A DNA stretch of 64,000 bases from Halarcobacter sp. (GTDB taxonomy: Bacteria > Campylobacterota > Campylobacteria > Campylobacterales > Arcobacteraceae). The position numbers were made by a program, and so were the translations under genes. The notes under the pieces were generated by a model. It was not told where the DNA came from. It did no database searches and was given only the letters and a program-made list of their open reading frames with translations. Of this stretch, positions 31,366-40,789 are shown piece by piece. The stretch's first letter is position 1. Each line of letters begins with the position of its first letter. Location: assembly GCA_963676565.1 (NCBI GenBank), contig OY781089.1, positions 864,001 to 928,000 of the forward strand, read 5' to 3'.

Positions 31366-32922
31366 TTAGAATTTATATCTTACGTAAGCTCTGATGTCAG
31401 TTGCTTCTGTAACTGCTCCTGCAACAGTATTTACATCCTGTGGAGTTCCATCTGCACCAAAGAAAGAATTAGAACCTGTATAATCATAATTTATATTAGT
31501 ATAGCTTAAGCCCCAAGATAATGCATTGTTGATTTTTTGATTTCTATAAATCTCCCATGCTGTACCTCTTGCTGCAATTTTACTTCCTGCATATGTATCT
31601 TCACCATAAGTCATAGATCTCCAGTATTTAGAACCCTTGTTCCACTCAACTCCAATTCTAGCTGAATTAGGAGAAATAGGGCATGGTGCATTAATCCCTA
31701 TCCAATATGAATGACCTGTTTCAGAATCAGTTGAACCTAACATTCCTCCTGGAACATTTGCATTTGGATCAGTCTTCGACATTGCATATGATGCAAATAT
31801 TGTAGTATCATCTAAATAATCAGATATACCATCTCCTATACCATAAGCTTTAAAAAGAATAGTTGCATAATCAATATCTCCCACTGATTTAAAAGAAGGT
31901 ATTGCCATTTGCATTGCATATGCATTTGCAGCTGTAGGTGTAGTCATATATGTTTGGTATGCTGTATTAAATGAAGTTAATGAGGCACCATCAAATCCAA
32001 TTAAGTCCCATGCATGAGCATAATTTAAGTGAATAGAATATTGACCATCATCATATGGTACTGCAATAAATCCTAACATATCAACATCAGCATTTTTTGA
32101 ATCATCTGTAGAATAAGCCGGACTAAACATATCAAATCTTGGAGTTGCATTTGTTAAACCTCTACCTCCACAGATTTTAAACCATGAACCAGTTGCACCT
32201 GTAACTTTCTCTAAATCAAATTTTGCAGAAAATCCATCAAACTCTACATCAACTACATGTGATAGAGGAGAGTTTTCTTTTTGCATATTTCTCATATTAA
32301 TTGGTAATCCATCAGTTGAAGGTCTTCTACCAACAGAAATAGTCCATGGGATTTGAGCTTCTCCAATAGTATCATCTTTATATAACCAATATGCTTCTTT
32401 TACTTTCATAGTATTATCTGTAGCATTTTCATTAGTTACCCAATCAAAATCTGCATATCCAGGAGTTGTATTTGATTGTGAGTGATTTGCAGTGTCTCCA
32501 AAAGCTTTGTTGTAAGATAACTTACCTTTAAATACTGTATTATCATTTGGAGCATATGCCGCACCTAACCATAATCTACTTGTAATTAATGCGTCATTTT
32601 TTGCATCAGACATTCCATTTCTTTTATAATTTATATTATCAATTTGTGTTCTAAAGTCAATATCCCATTTAATATTGTCAGATGCACTTTGTTTTTTTGC
32701 GCCAAGTGCAAGGTTTTTATTACTTTGAACTTGTTTTTCTAATTTTGTAAATCTTTCATCACTAACTGCTTTTTCAGTTTTGTCAAATTTACTTTCTAAT
32801 ACGGCAATTTGAGCTTTAAGCATCTCAATTTGTTTTAGCATAGCTTCATTACTAACATCTGCAGCGAATGAAGTTGTTGATAATGCAGCTATTGCTGATA
32901 GCACAACTATTGATTTTTTCAT
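31366..32922 (-). CDS. Outer-membrane beta-barrel protein, DUF3373-like
   Basis: Sec signal, N-terminal coiled coil, aromatic-rich amphipathic strands, GRRPSTDG and KLAARG-like segments, C-terminal YVRYKF BAM signature. Confidence 0.78.
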   Translation of the reverse strand: MKKSIVVLSAIAALSTTSFAADVSNEAMLKQIEMLKAQIAVLESKFDKTEKAVSDERFTKLEKQVQSNKNLALGAKKQSASDNIKWDIDFRTQIDNINYKRNGMSDAKNDALITSRLWLGAAYAPNDNTVFKGKLSYNKAFGDTANHSQSNTTPGYADFDWVTNENATDNTMKVKEAYWLYKDDTIGEAQIPWTISVGRRPSTDGLPINMRNMQKENSPLSHVVDVEFDGFSAKFDLEKVTGATGSWFKICGGRGLTNATPRFDMFSPAYSTDDSKNADVDMLGFIAVPYDDGQYSIHLNYAHAWDLIGFDGASLTSFNTAYQTYMTTPTAANAYAMQMAIPSFKSVGDIDYATILFKAYGIGDGISDYLDDTTIFASYAMSKTDPNANVPGGMLGSTDSETGHSYWIGINAPCPISPNSARIGVEWNKGSKYWRSMTYGEDTYAGSKIAARGTAWEIYRNQKINNALSWGLSYTNINYDYTGSNSFFGADGTPQDVNTVAGAVTEATDIRAYVRYKF

Positions 32923-32954
32923 CTTTTTTCCTTTGTGTTAAATAGTTTAAAAAG

Positions 32955-33003
32955 ATTATATAACATTTTATTTAAGTTAAATTTAAGTATAGATAATCAT
33001 TCA
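32955..33003 (-). promoter_or_regulatory. -10 (TATAAT) plus degenerate TGAAT-N4-ATTCA box for the barrel gene
   Basis: Minus strand TGAATGATTATCTA (33003-32990); TATAAT at 32960-32955. Confidence 0.5.
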
Positions 33004-33066
33004 TTATGATAATTAAAACTTATACTTATAATACTTAATTATTTTATATAAAACTTTTTGTCAATC

Positions 33067-33100
33067 AAAAAAAGGAGAGCTAAAATAATCTCCTTTTTTT
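33067..33100 (-). terminator. Terminator after small exported protein copy A
   Basis: AAAAAAAGGAGA...TCTCCTTTTTTT stem. Confidence 0.75.
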
Positions 33101-33136
33101 ATAATATTAATCTAATTAAGAGTTTTATTTATCAGA

Positions 33137-33460
33137 CTAACAAGATGGAACATTTCCTGAATCACTTGCATACTCAAATGAAAAATCATAAATATGTTGA
33201 ATCCATTTCTCTTTAACATCGTCAGCTTTTACATTTGGACAAATTTTAATCATCTCGTCAACAAATTTACCTTCATCCATAATTGCTTTCCACTCACCTT
33301 GAGTATGTTTAACTGCAAATTTAGCGCCATTGAAGCCACAAGGCTTTTTAAATTTTTTGATAAAAATCTTTTGACCCTTTACTGGGTCTGCTGATGCAAC
33401 AGTTGTTGCAACACCTAAAAATACTGTAGCTGCTAGAGCTAATTTAAGAAGTTGTTTCAT
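33137..33460 (-). CDS. Small exported cytochrome-c-like protein lacking CxxCH, C-terminal Cys (copy A)
   Basis: Sec signal ending ASA; DPVKGQKIF helix typical of class I cytochrome c; three Cys; ends DSGNVPSC. Confidence 0.75.
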   Translation of the reverse strand: MKQLLKLALAATVFLGVATTVASADPVKGQKIFIKKFKKPCGFNGAKFAVKHTQGEWKAIMDEGKFVDEMIKICPNVKADDVKEKWIQHIYDFSFEYASDSGNVPSC

Positions 33461-33495
33461 AACTTTTCCTTTTAATTTTAATATAAGCTGATGTA

Positions 33496-33546
33496 ATTAT
33501 ATAGTCTAAAAAATTAAGGTAAGATTAATTATGAATAAGTATTCAT
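33496..33546 (-). promoter_or_regulatory. ATGAAT-N4-ATTCAT palindrome plus -10 for copy A
   Basis: ATGAATAAGTATTCAT at 33531-33546; TATAAT (minus) at 33501-33496. Confidence 0.62.
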
Positions 33547-33569
33547 TATAATTCTTAAATTTTTGAAAT

Positions 33570-33604
33570 AAAAAAAGGGAAGAAGTTAAACTTCTTCCCT
33601 TTTA
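33570..33604 (-). terminator. Terminator after small exported protein copy B
   Basis: AAAAGGGAAGAAG-TTAAA-CTTCTTCCCTTTT perfect stem. Confidence 0.85.
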
Positions 33605-33626
33605 TAAGTAAAATTTATATTAAATA

Positions 33627-33956
33627 TTAACAAGATGGAACATTTCCAGAGTCACTTGCATATTCAAATGAGAAATCATAAATATGTTTAATATATTTAT
33701 CTTCTAAGTATTTATTGTCTGGTTTTACATTTGGACAAATTTTCATAAGTTCATCTGCAAATTTTCCTTCATCCATAATTGCTTTCCACTCACCTTGAGT
33801 ATGTTTAACTGCAAATTTAGCACCATTGAAACCACAAGGTTTTTTGAATTTTTTAATAAAAATCTTTTGTCCTTTTACTGGATCTGCTGATGCAGTTGAA
33901 GCTGCAATACCTAAAAATACTGTAACTGCTAATGCTAGTTTAAGTAGGTTTTTCAT
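33627..33956 (-). CDS. Small exported cytochrome-c-like protein lacking CxxCH, C-terminal Cys (copy B)
   Basis: Tandem paralog of 33137..33460; GAGGAG RBS; extended -10 TGCTATAAT at 34001-33993. Confidence 0.75.
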   Translation of the reverse strand: MKNLLKLALAVTVFLGIAASTASADPVKGQKIFIKKFKKPCGFNGAKFAVKHTQGEWKAIMDEGKFADELMKICPNVKPDNKYLEDKYIKHIYDFSFEYASDSGNVPSC

Positions 33957-34051
33957 TTAACTCTCTCCTCTTCTAATTATAATTTGGCTACAATTATAGC
34001 ACATGTTGATAAAAAACTGCTGTAATCTTAATAAGTAAAAGTGAATTTATT

Positions 34052-35380
34052 GTGAAATACTATCTATTAAAAGAAGTCATTAACTATTTAAAAGAAAATG
34101 CCCAAAATATAAAGCTTTGTAAGCGAATTGATAACAATACAATTATAATCGAGTTTAATAATAAAAATATTGTTTACTTTGATATGAGCAAGGGAAATAG
34201 TTTAATTTATAAAAGAAAAGAAGACCCAAAATCAAAAAAAGATTTCAATGCGCCATTTGATGTAGTTCTTCAAAAAAGGTTCAATAAAGCAAAAATTGAA
34301 GACATTGAGCTTTATAATGATGATAAAATTATAAATATAAAAGTTAGCTCTTCCTCTTCATATAAAAAGCTTACAACAATATTGCAATTAGAATTTACAG
34401 GAAAACATACAAATATTATAATACTTGATGAAAACAGAGTTATCTTGGAGGCATTAAGACATATTGATGAGTTTTCTTCAAGTAGAGTTGTTAAAGTTGG
34501 AATAAAACTTGATGAGATTCCAAAACAAGACTTTGTACCTAAAATTGAAAAAGTAGAAAATATAGAAGAGTATCTTTTTAACGTTTATGAACAAATTGAA
34601 CAAAAAAATATTCAAAATATAAAAAAACAAAAAATCACTCAAGTTGAGAAAAAATTAAAGAAACTTCAAAAAACTGTAAACTCTTTACCTAAAAAAGAAG
34701 ACTTAGAAAAAGAGTCAAATGAATTATATGAAAAAGCAAATTTAATTCTTTCTAATCTACACACAATTAAGCCTTATCAAAAAAGTTTTAAAACATATGA
34801 TTTTTCAGGAAATGAAGTTGAAGTAACATTAGATGAAAAATTTCAAGCTTCTACATATTCAAATGAGCTTTTTAAAAAGGCAAAAAGAGCAAAACATAAA
34901 GCAAATAATATAAAAATAGAAAAAGATAATTTAGAAGAAAAAATCGAATTTTTAAATAGACTTATTTTAAATTTACAAAATTCTAAATCTATTGATGAAA
35001 TGGAATTTTTATATCCTAAAAAACAGAAGAATCAAACAAAAACAAAAAAATCTCAAATGTATGAAAGCTTCTTTTTTGAAGGATATAAAATCATGTTGGG
35101 TACTAGTGAAAGGGAAAATATATATTTACTAAAAAATAGTAAGGCAAGTGATTTTTGGTTTCATCTAAAAGATAGACCATCTTCCCATGTAATTGTTCAA
35201 AACTCTAAAAAAACAATTCCTGAATCTGTGATTGAAAAAGCAGCAATTATATGTGCACAATTTTCAACAGACCATAGTGGAACATACGAAGTTGACTACA
35301 CACAAAGAAGAAATGTAAAAATACAAAATGGTGCAAATGTTCTATATAACCCTTATACAACTATAGTAATAAAAACTTAA
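34052..35380 (+). CDS. NFACT/RqcH (FbpA-like) family protein
   Basis: LEFTGKHTNIII NFACT-N motif, coiled coil, NFACT-R WFHLKDRPSSHV...VDYTQRRNV. Confidence 0.88.
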   Translation: MKYYLLKEVINYLKENAQNIKLCKRIDNNTIIIEFNNKNIVYFDMSKGNSLIYKRKEDPKSKKDFNAPFDVVLQKRFNKAKIEDIELYNDDKIINIKVSSSSSYKKLTTILQLEFTGKHTNIIILDENRVILEALRHIDEFSSSRVVKVGIKLDEIPKQDFVPKIEKVENIEEYLFNVYEQIEQKNIQNIKKQKITQVEKKLKKLQKTVNSLPKKEDLEKESNELYEKANLILSNLHTIKPYQKSFKTYDFSGNEVEVTLDEKFQASTYSNELFKKAKRAKHKANNIKIEKDNLEEKIEFLNRLILNLQNSKSIDEMEFLYPKKQKNQTKTKKSQMYESFFFEGYKIMLGTSERENIYLLKNSKASDFWFHLKDRPSSHVIVQNSKKTIPESVIEKAAIICAQFSTDHSGTYEVDYTQRRNVKIQNGANVLYNPYTTIVIKT

Positions 35381-35432
35381 GACAAGGCAAACTTTAGTAT
35401 AATCAAGCTTTATTCTAATAATTAGGTTGAAT

Positions 35433-36191
35433 ATGACAGAGATAATAAAATCAAGTGGTACTAGGATCAAAACAGGTGTAATTCTAATTTTAGCAGTATT
35501 ATTAATTGGGTATATTGACTCATTTTTTATTATGTGGCTTTTATTTGGAGGACTTCTTGTAATTTCAATAAGTGAATCAAAAAAGCTTTATAAAACACAG
35601 ATTGACTTTGTTTATTTATATAGTGGTGTTTTGTGGTTTTTAGCATATTTTTATCCAAATCCTGAGGATTTGATATTTGTATTAGCTATTGTTTATGCTT
35701 CAGTTTTAGCTTATAAAAAAAGTATTGACACAAAAGCATTTTTGATTCTTTTATATCCAACAGCTTCTTTTCTTTTTCTATTTTCACTTTATATTGAATA
35801 TGGTGTTATGTCTTTATTATGGTTACTTGTAATTGTTGCAGGTGCTGATATTGGAGCATATTTTGTTGGTAGAGGTATGGGAAAAACAAAGTTTTGTGAA
35901 ACAAGCCCAAATAAAACTATCGAAGGTGTAATTGGTGGTTTACTTGTTGCAACTATTTTAGGAACTATTTTCTCAATTGATAATTTATCAACTTTTGGAG
36001 CAATAGTAATCTCTCTTATTGTAGCCTTAGCTTCAGTATTTGGAGATTTATTTGAAAGCTATTTAAAAAGAGAAGCAGGGGTAAAAGATAGTGGAAATAT
36101 TTTACCTGGTCATGGTGGAATTTTAGATAGAACAGATGGTTACCTTTTTGGTGGAGTGATTATGTTAGTTCTTTTACGAGCAATAATGTGA
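35433..36191 (+). CDS. cdsA: Phosphatidate cytidylyltransferase
   Basis: SPNKTIEG, GDLFESYLKR, GVKDSG.ILPGHGGILDR. Start could be 35427 (TTG) or 35433 (ATG). Confidence 0.96.
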   Translation: MTEIIKSSGTRIKTGVILILAVLLIGYIDSFFIMWLLFGGLLVISISESKKLYKTQIDFVYLYSGVLWFLAYFYPNPEDLIFVLAIVYASVLAYKKSIDTKAFLILLYPTASFLFLFSLYIEYGVMSLLWLLVIVAGADIGAYFVGRGMGKTKFCETSPNKTIEGVIGGLLVATILGTIFSIDNLSTFGAIVISLIVALASVFGDLFESYLKREAGVKDSGNILPGHGGILDRTDGYLFGGVIMLVLLRAIM

Positions 36192-37255
36192 TAGTTTTAG
36201 GAAGTACAGGTTCTATTGGGGTAAACACCCTAAATATTGCAAGAAGATTTAATCTTAATATTGAAGTATTAGTGGCTGGTAGAAATATTGAAGTTTTAAA
36301 TAAACAAATTGCTGAATTTAAACCTAAAAAAGTAGTTATTGCAAATAAAGAAGATATTTCTAAAGTAAATCATAAAAATGTATCTTTTGGTGAAGATGCA
36401 ATTTTAGAAGCAATTGAACAAAGTGAAGCTAAAACTGTTGTAAATTCACTTGTTGGTTTTTTAGGACTAAAACCAACTTTAAAAGCGATTGAATGTGGTA
36501 AAAAAATTGCCCTTGCAAATAAAGAATCACTTGTTGTTGCTGGAAAATTTATAGACCAAACAAAACTTAGTCCAATAGATAGTGAACACTTTGGTTTATG
36601 GTATTTATTACAAGATAAAAAAATTGATTCCATGACAATAACTGCAAGTGGAGGTTCTTTTAGAGATTATCCCTTGGATGAACTTAAAAATGTATCAATA
36701 AAAGAAGCCCTAAATCACCCTAATTGGTCAATGGGAAATAAAATCACAATTGATAGTGCAACAATGACAAACAAGATGTTTGAATTACTAGAAGCTGCTT
36801 GGTTATTTGATATAAGTAAATTAGATGCAATAATAGAAACAAAATCGTTAATTCATGCAATGGTAAACTTTACCGATGGAAGTACAACAGCACATATTGC
36901 AAATGCTTCTATGCAACTTCCAATTGCTTATGCAATTTTAGGAAAGTGTGATGAAGAGATTTTAAAACCTGTAAATTTACTTGAAGTTGGAAGTTTAGAA
37001 TTTAAACAAATTGAAACCTCTAGGTATCCAATTTGGGAAGTAAAAGATGAGATTTTAAATAATCCAGATTTAGGAGTTGTGTTAAATGCTGCAAATGAAG
37101 TTAGTGTTTATAAATTCTTAAAAGGTGAAATAGGGTTTTTAGATATTTCAAAAACAACATTAAATGCATTAAATAAATTTAATAGTGTAAAACCTCAAAA
37201 TATTGATGATATTTTCGAAATAGATAAGCAAGTTAGGAGTTTTTGTGACTCTTGA
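36188..37255 (+). CDS. dxr: 1-deoxy-D-xylulose 5-phosphate reductoisomerase
   Basis: LGSTGSIG, LANKES, PIDSEH, HPNWSMG.KITIDSATM. Confidence 0.98.
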   Translation: MIVLGSTGSIGVNTLNIARRFNLNIEVLVAGRNIEVLNKQIAEFKPKKVVIANKEDISKVNHKNVSFGEDAILEAIEQSEAKTVVNSLVGFLGLKPTLKAIECGKKIALANKESLVVAGKFIDQTKLSPIDSEHFGLWYLLQDKKIDSMTITASGGSFRDYPLDELKNVSIKEALNHPNWSMGNKITIDSATMTNKMFELLEAAWLFDISKLDAIIETKSLIHAMVNFTDGSTTAHIANASMQLPIAYAILGKCDEEILKPVNLLEVGSLEFKQIETSRYPIWEVKDEILNNPDLGVVLNAANEVSVYKFLKGEIGFLDISKTTLNALNKFNSVKPQNIDDIFEIDKQVRSFCDS

Positions 37256-37523
37256 TTTATTGATCCCCTTTGGAATATTACTAGTTTTAGTGATTTATTT
37301 AATTTATTCAAGAACAAAGTTTGAAAAAAATGTTGTTGATGTTTATGAAAAAAAATTTGAAGAGTGGAAACAGCACGATAGTTCAAATGAAAAGAAAACA
37401 AAACTATGTAAAGAGCTTGTTGGATTAATTTATAAAGAAGAGTATAATATTACATTGGAACTTCTTGATGAAAGTGTAAAATCACAAATTCAAAGAGGAA
37501 AGTTTACTTTAAAGGATAAATGA
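37245..37523 (+). CDS. Hypothetical single-pass membrane protein
   Basis: AGGAG RBS, GTG start, N-terminal TM; overlaps both neighbours. Confidence 0.65.
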   Translation: MTLDLLIPFGILLVLVIYLIYSRTKFEKNVVDVYEKKFEEWKQHDSSNEKKTKLCKELVGLIYKEEYNITLELLDESVKSQIQRGKFTLKDK

Positions 37524-37954
37524 TGAAATATTTATTCTTGGTCTTACTCTTAATTAGTTTTAGTTTTTCTAACGATTTTAGAAGAGATGGCACAAGAAAA
37601 GTTGTAGTTGATTCAACTGCAAAATTAATGTGGATAGATAACTTTTCAAATGTAAAGAATAGATTAAATCACAGTGATGCAACTGATTATTGTGAAAGTT
37701 TATCTTATGCTGGGTATGACAATTGGAGATTACCTACAATAGAAGAGTTTGAACTTATTGTAGATAAGACAAATGAAAGAAGTTATATAAATAGGGCATT
37801 TAAATTTAATATGCCTGTAGGATATTGGGCGAGTAAAGCCCATTGGCGTACATTTTGGTTCTATGCTGATTATATGTTTTTTGTAAGTGGAACGCCATAT
37901 TATGACAGTCGTCATAAAAAGAAATTTGTAAGATGTGTAAGGGATATTAATTAA
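37520..37954 (+). CDS. Exported DUF1566 (Lcl-like) domain protein
   Basis: VVDSTAKLMW, YC..L..AGYDNWRLPT.EE, C-terminal VRCVR. Confidence 0.85.
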   Translation: MMKYLFLVLLLISFSFSNDFRRDGTRKVVVDSTAKLMWIDNFSNVKNRLNHSDATDYCESLSYAGYDNWRLPTIEEFELIVDKTNERSYINRAFKFNMPVGYWASKAHWRTFWFYADYMFFVSGTPYYDSRHKKKFVRCVRDIN

Positions 37955-38508
37955 TGAAAGAGAAAAGAGTTTTAATACTTCATGGTTTAGGTGGGAGTGA
38001 TTTTCCCCATTGGCAAGCAAATTTAGCAAGGGATTTAATAGAACAAAATACACCAGTATCATTTCCTACTTTGCCAAATAGAGACAATCCAAACCTAGAA
38101 GAGTGGAAAGAGTTTTTAAAAAAAGAGATTGAACATTTTAAACCAACTGTTGTTGTTTGCCACTCTTTGGCAAATCTTTTATGGTTTCATACTTGTGAAG
38201 AGTTGGATATAAAATTAGATAAGTTAATGTTAGTTGCACCAGTTAGAGATAAGGTTTTAGAGGCTGCTCCAACATTTTTTCCTTATCCCCTAAGTGAAGA
38301 TTTAAAATCAGAAGAAATTATTATGGCAACTTCAACAAATGATCCATATATTACAGTTGAAGAGGCTATTAGATTAAGTAGTAAAATAAAAGTTGGAATG
38401 AAAATACTTGAAGATGCAGGACATATAAATGCTGATTCTGGATATGGAAAACTTGATTGTGCGTTAGAGTGGATAAATAGAGTTGAAGAGTGTGAGGAAA
38501 GTAAGTAG
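37954..38508 (+). CDS. RBBP9/YdeN-family alpha/beta hydrolase
   Basis: ILHG.GGS..HWQ, CHSLA nucleophile elbow, NDPY, AGHIN. Confidence 0.88.
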   Translation: MKEKRVLILHGLGGSDFPHWQANLARDLIEQNTPVSFPTLPNRDNPNLEEWKEFLKKEIEHFKPTVVVCHSLANLLWFHTCEELDIKLDKLMLVAPVRDKVLEAAPTFFPYPLSEDLKSEEIIMATSTNDPYITVEEAIRLSSKIKVGMKILEDAGHINADSGYGKLDCALEWINRVEECEESK

Positions 38509-39507
38509 ATGATTTTATCTATTGAAAGTTCATGTGATGATAGTTCAATAGCAATCACTGAAATTGAATCAAAAAAATTAATTTATCACAAAAAAATATC
38601 TCAAGAATTACAACATAGTGTTTATGGTGGAGTTGTTCCAGAACTTGCTGCAAGACTTCATGTTGAAGCACTCCCAAAAATACTTGAAGAGTGCAAAGAG
38701 TATTTCCCTAAACTAAAAGCAATAGCTGTAACAAATGCTCCAGGACTTTCAGTAACACTTATGGAAGGGGTAACTATGGCAAAGGCTTTAAGTCTTAGTT
38801 TAAATCTCCCATTAATTGCTGTAAATCATTTAAAAGGGCATATCTATTCACTATTTATTGAAAAAGAAGAAGTTTTCCCAACAACTATTCTTTTAGTTTC
38901 AGGTGGGCACACTCAAATAATTGAGGCAAATGGATTAAATGATATGAAATTAGTAGCTTCAACACTTGATGATAGTTTTGGAGAGAGTTTCGATAAAGTA
39001 GCAAAAATGATGAAGCTAGGTTATCCTGGTGGTCCAATTGTTCAAGAAAAAGGTTTAAAAGGGGATGAAAATAGATTTGATTTTCCAGTTCCTTTAAGAC
39101 AAAGTCCAAATATTGAATTTAGTTATAGTGGGCTTAAAAATGCAGTTAGGATGCAAATAGAAAAACTTGAAAATGAAGGAAGTTTGACGGAACAAGATAT
39201 CTGTGATATTTGTGCTTCCTTTGAAAAAACTGCAGTTGCTCATATTATGCAAAAAATGAAAAAGTATTTTAAAACTAAAAAACCAAGAAATTTGGCAATT
39301 GTAGGTGGGGCAAGTGCAAATATAAGACTTCGTACCGCAATTGAAGAGTTATGTTCAAAAAACAATACAAAACTATTTTTAAGTCAGTTGAAATACTGTT
39401 CTGATAATGCAGCTATGATTGGACGTGTGGCAATGGAACAATATAAAATAGGTGAGTTTACAACTATTGAAGATATTGATGTTCAAACAAGATTGAAAGG
39501 ATTTTAA
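38509..39507 (+). CDS. tsaD: tRNA t6A biosynthesis protein TsaD
   Basis: [34 protein letters not shown]. Confidence 0.98.
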   Translation: MILSIESSCDDSSIAITEIESKKLIYHKKISQELQHSVYGGVVPELAARLHVEALPKILEECKEYFPKLKAIAVTNAPGLSVTLMEGVTMAKALSLSLNLPLIAVNHLKGHIYSLFIEKEEVFPTTILLVSGGHTQIIEANGLNDMKLVASTLDDSFGESFDKVAKMMKLGYPGGPIVQEKGLKGDENRFDFPVPLRQSPNIEFSYSGLKNAVRMQIEKLENEGSLTEQDICDICASFEKTAVAHIMQKMKKYFKTKKPRNLAIVGGASANIRLRTAIEELCSKNNTKLFLSQLKYCSDNAAMIGRVAMEQYKIGEFTTIEDIDVQTRLKGF

Positions 39508-39857
39508 TGATGGGTTTAGCAGACTTATTAGCTCAAAATATGGGTGCTTCTTTAGATGGAGATAAACATGAAACAAAAAAAGAGGATAAGAAAAACCCAA
39601 AAAAATCTTCAAATGAAATTATTCCTAAAAATCAACACCAATTAGTTTTTACCTTTGAAAAAAGAAAAGGGAAACCTGTTACTTTAGTTGGAAGATTTAA
39701 TATTCCTGAAAATGAGAAAAAAGAAGTTTTAAAGCTTTTAAAGAAGAAACTTGCCTGTGGTGGTAGTATCAATGGTGAGTGGATTGAACTTCAAGGGAAT
39801 TTAAAAGAAAAAATAAAACTCGTTTTAGAAAAAGATAATTGGAAGTTTAAGAAGTAA
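39507..39857 (+). CDS. SUI1/eIF1-family translation factor (YciH-like)
   Basis: KRKGKPVT...LKKKLACGGS...IELQG. Confidence 0.88.
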   Translation: MMGLADLLAQNMGASLDGDKHETKKEDKKNPKKSSNEIIPKNQHQLVFTFEKRKGKPVTLVGRFNIPENEKKEVLKLLKKKLACGGSINGEWIELQGNLKEKIKLVLEKDNWKFKK

Positions 39858-39988
39858 TATAACTTTAGCTTATGCCTAATATAATAAAAGATTAATATAA
39901 AAGTAAATATAATCTTACTATTAATAATTGATATGCAAAATTAATCATTAGTTAAGGAGCAAAATCTGCTCTATTTTAAGGATTAAAA

Positions 39989-40351
39989 ATGAGACTAGTA
40001 TTCCCTACTAATGAAAACATGGGTTATTTAAGTAAAAGAGGTGCACACTTCGGTAAAGCAAAATTTTATACAGTTATTACATTGGATAATGAAAAAATAT
40101 CTGATGTTGAGGTTATAGAAAATGCAGGTCATGATGGTGCTTGTTCTGGTGCTGTAACAAATATAATGGCATTAAATCCAGATGCTCTTGTAGTAAGTGG
40201 AATTGGAGCAAATCCTGCTAGAGGTTTCCATGAAGCTGGACTTGATGTATACTTTGACAAAGAGAGTAAAAAAGTTCAAGACTCGATTCAAATGTTTATT
40301 GAAGGTAAGTTAATTAAACTTCAAGATCAAGGTACGTGCACAGCACATTAA
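39989..40351 (+). CDS. NifB/NifX-family (FeMo-co binding-like) protein
   Basis: HFGKA..Y motif, GIG, Cys/His loop HDGAC and C-terminal CTAH. Confidence 0.82.
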   Translation: MRLVFPTNENMGYLSKRGAHFGKAKFYTVITLDNEKISDVEVIENAGHDGACSGAVTNIMALNPDALVVSGIGANPARGFHEAGLDVYFDKESKKVQDSIQMFIEGKLIKLQDQGTCTAH

Positions 40352-40357
40352 TCTTTT

Positions 40358-40789
40358 ATGAAAGATAAAAAAAGTATAAAAGAAGCATTTTATAAAGCCC
40401 TTAATGGTTTTACTTCTATGCTTCCTATACTTTTTGCTATTATTTTACTACTTGGTATTTTTGATACCTATATCACAAATGAAATACTCATTTCACTATT
40501 TACATCAAATAAATTCTTTGACACTATTATTGGTACAAGTATGGGAGCAGTTTTAACTGGAAATCCTATGGTTAGTTATATTTTAGGTGGTGAATTAACT
40601 ACTGCTGGCGTATCATTGTTTGCTGTGACTGCATTTATTTTATCATGGGTTTCTTTGGGAATTGTTCAATTACCTGCTGAGGTGGAAATCTTTGGTGTAA
40701 GATTTACTTTTTTAAGAACCTTACTAACATTTATATTTATAGTTCTTATCTCTTTTGCAACTGTTTTAACTTTGAATTGGATTGTCTAA
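40358..40789 (+). CDS. Small permease, DUF318/ArsP-like half
   Basis: About four TM segments; GNP..SY, AFILSW, E...FG.RF...R pattern. Confidence 0.7.
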   Translation: MKDKKSIKEAFYKALNGFTSMLPILFAIILLLGIFDTYITNEILISLFTSNKFFDTIIGTSMGAVLTGNPMVSYILGGELTTAGVSLFAVTAFILSWVSLGIVQLPAEVEIFGVRFTFLRTLLTFIFIVLISFATVLTLNWIV

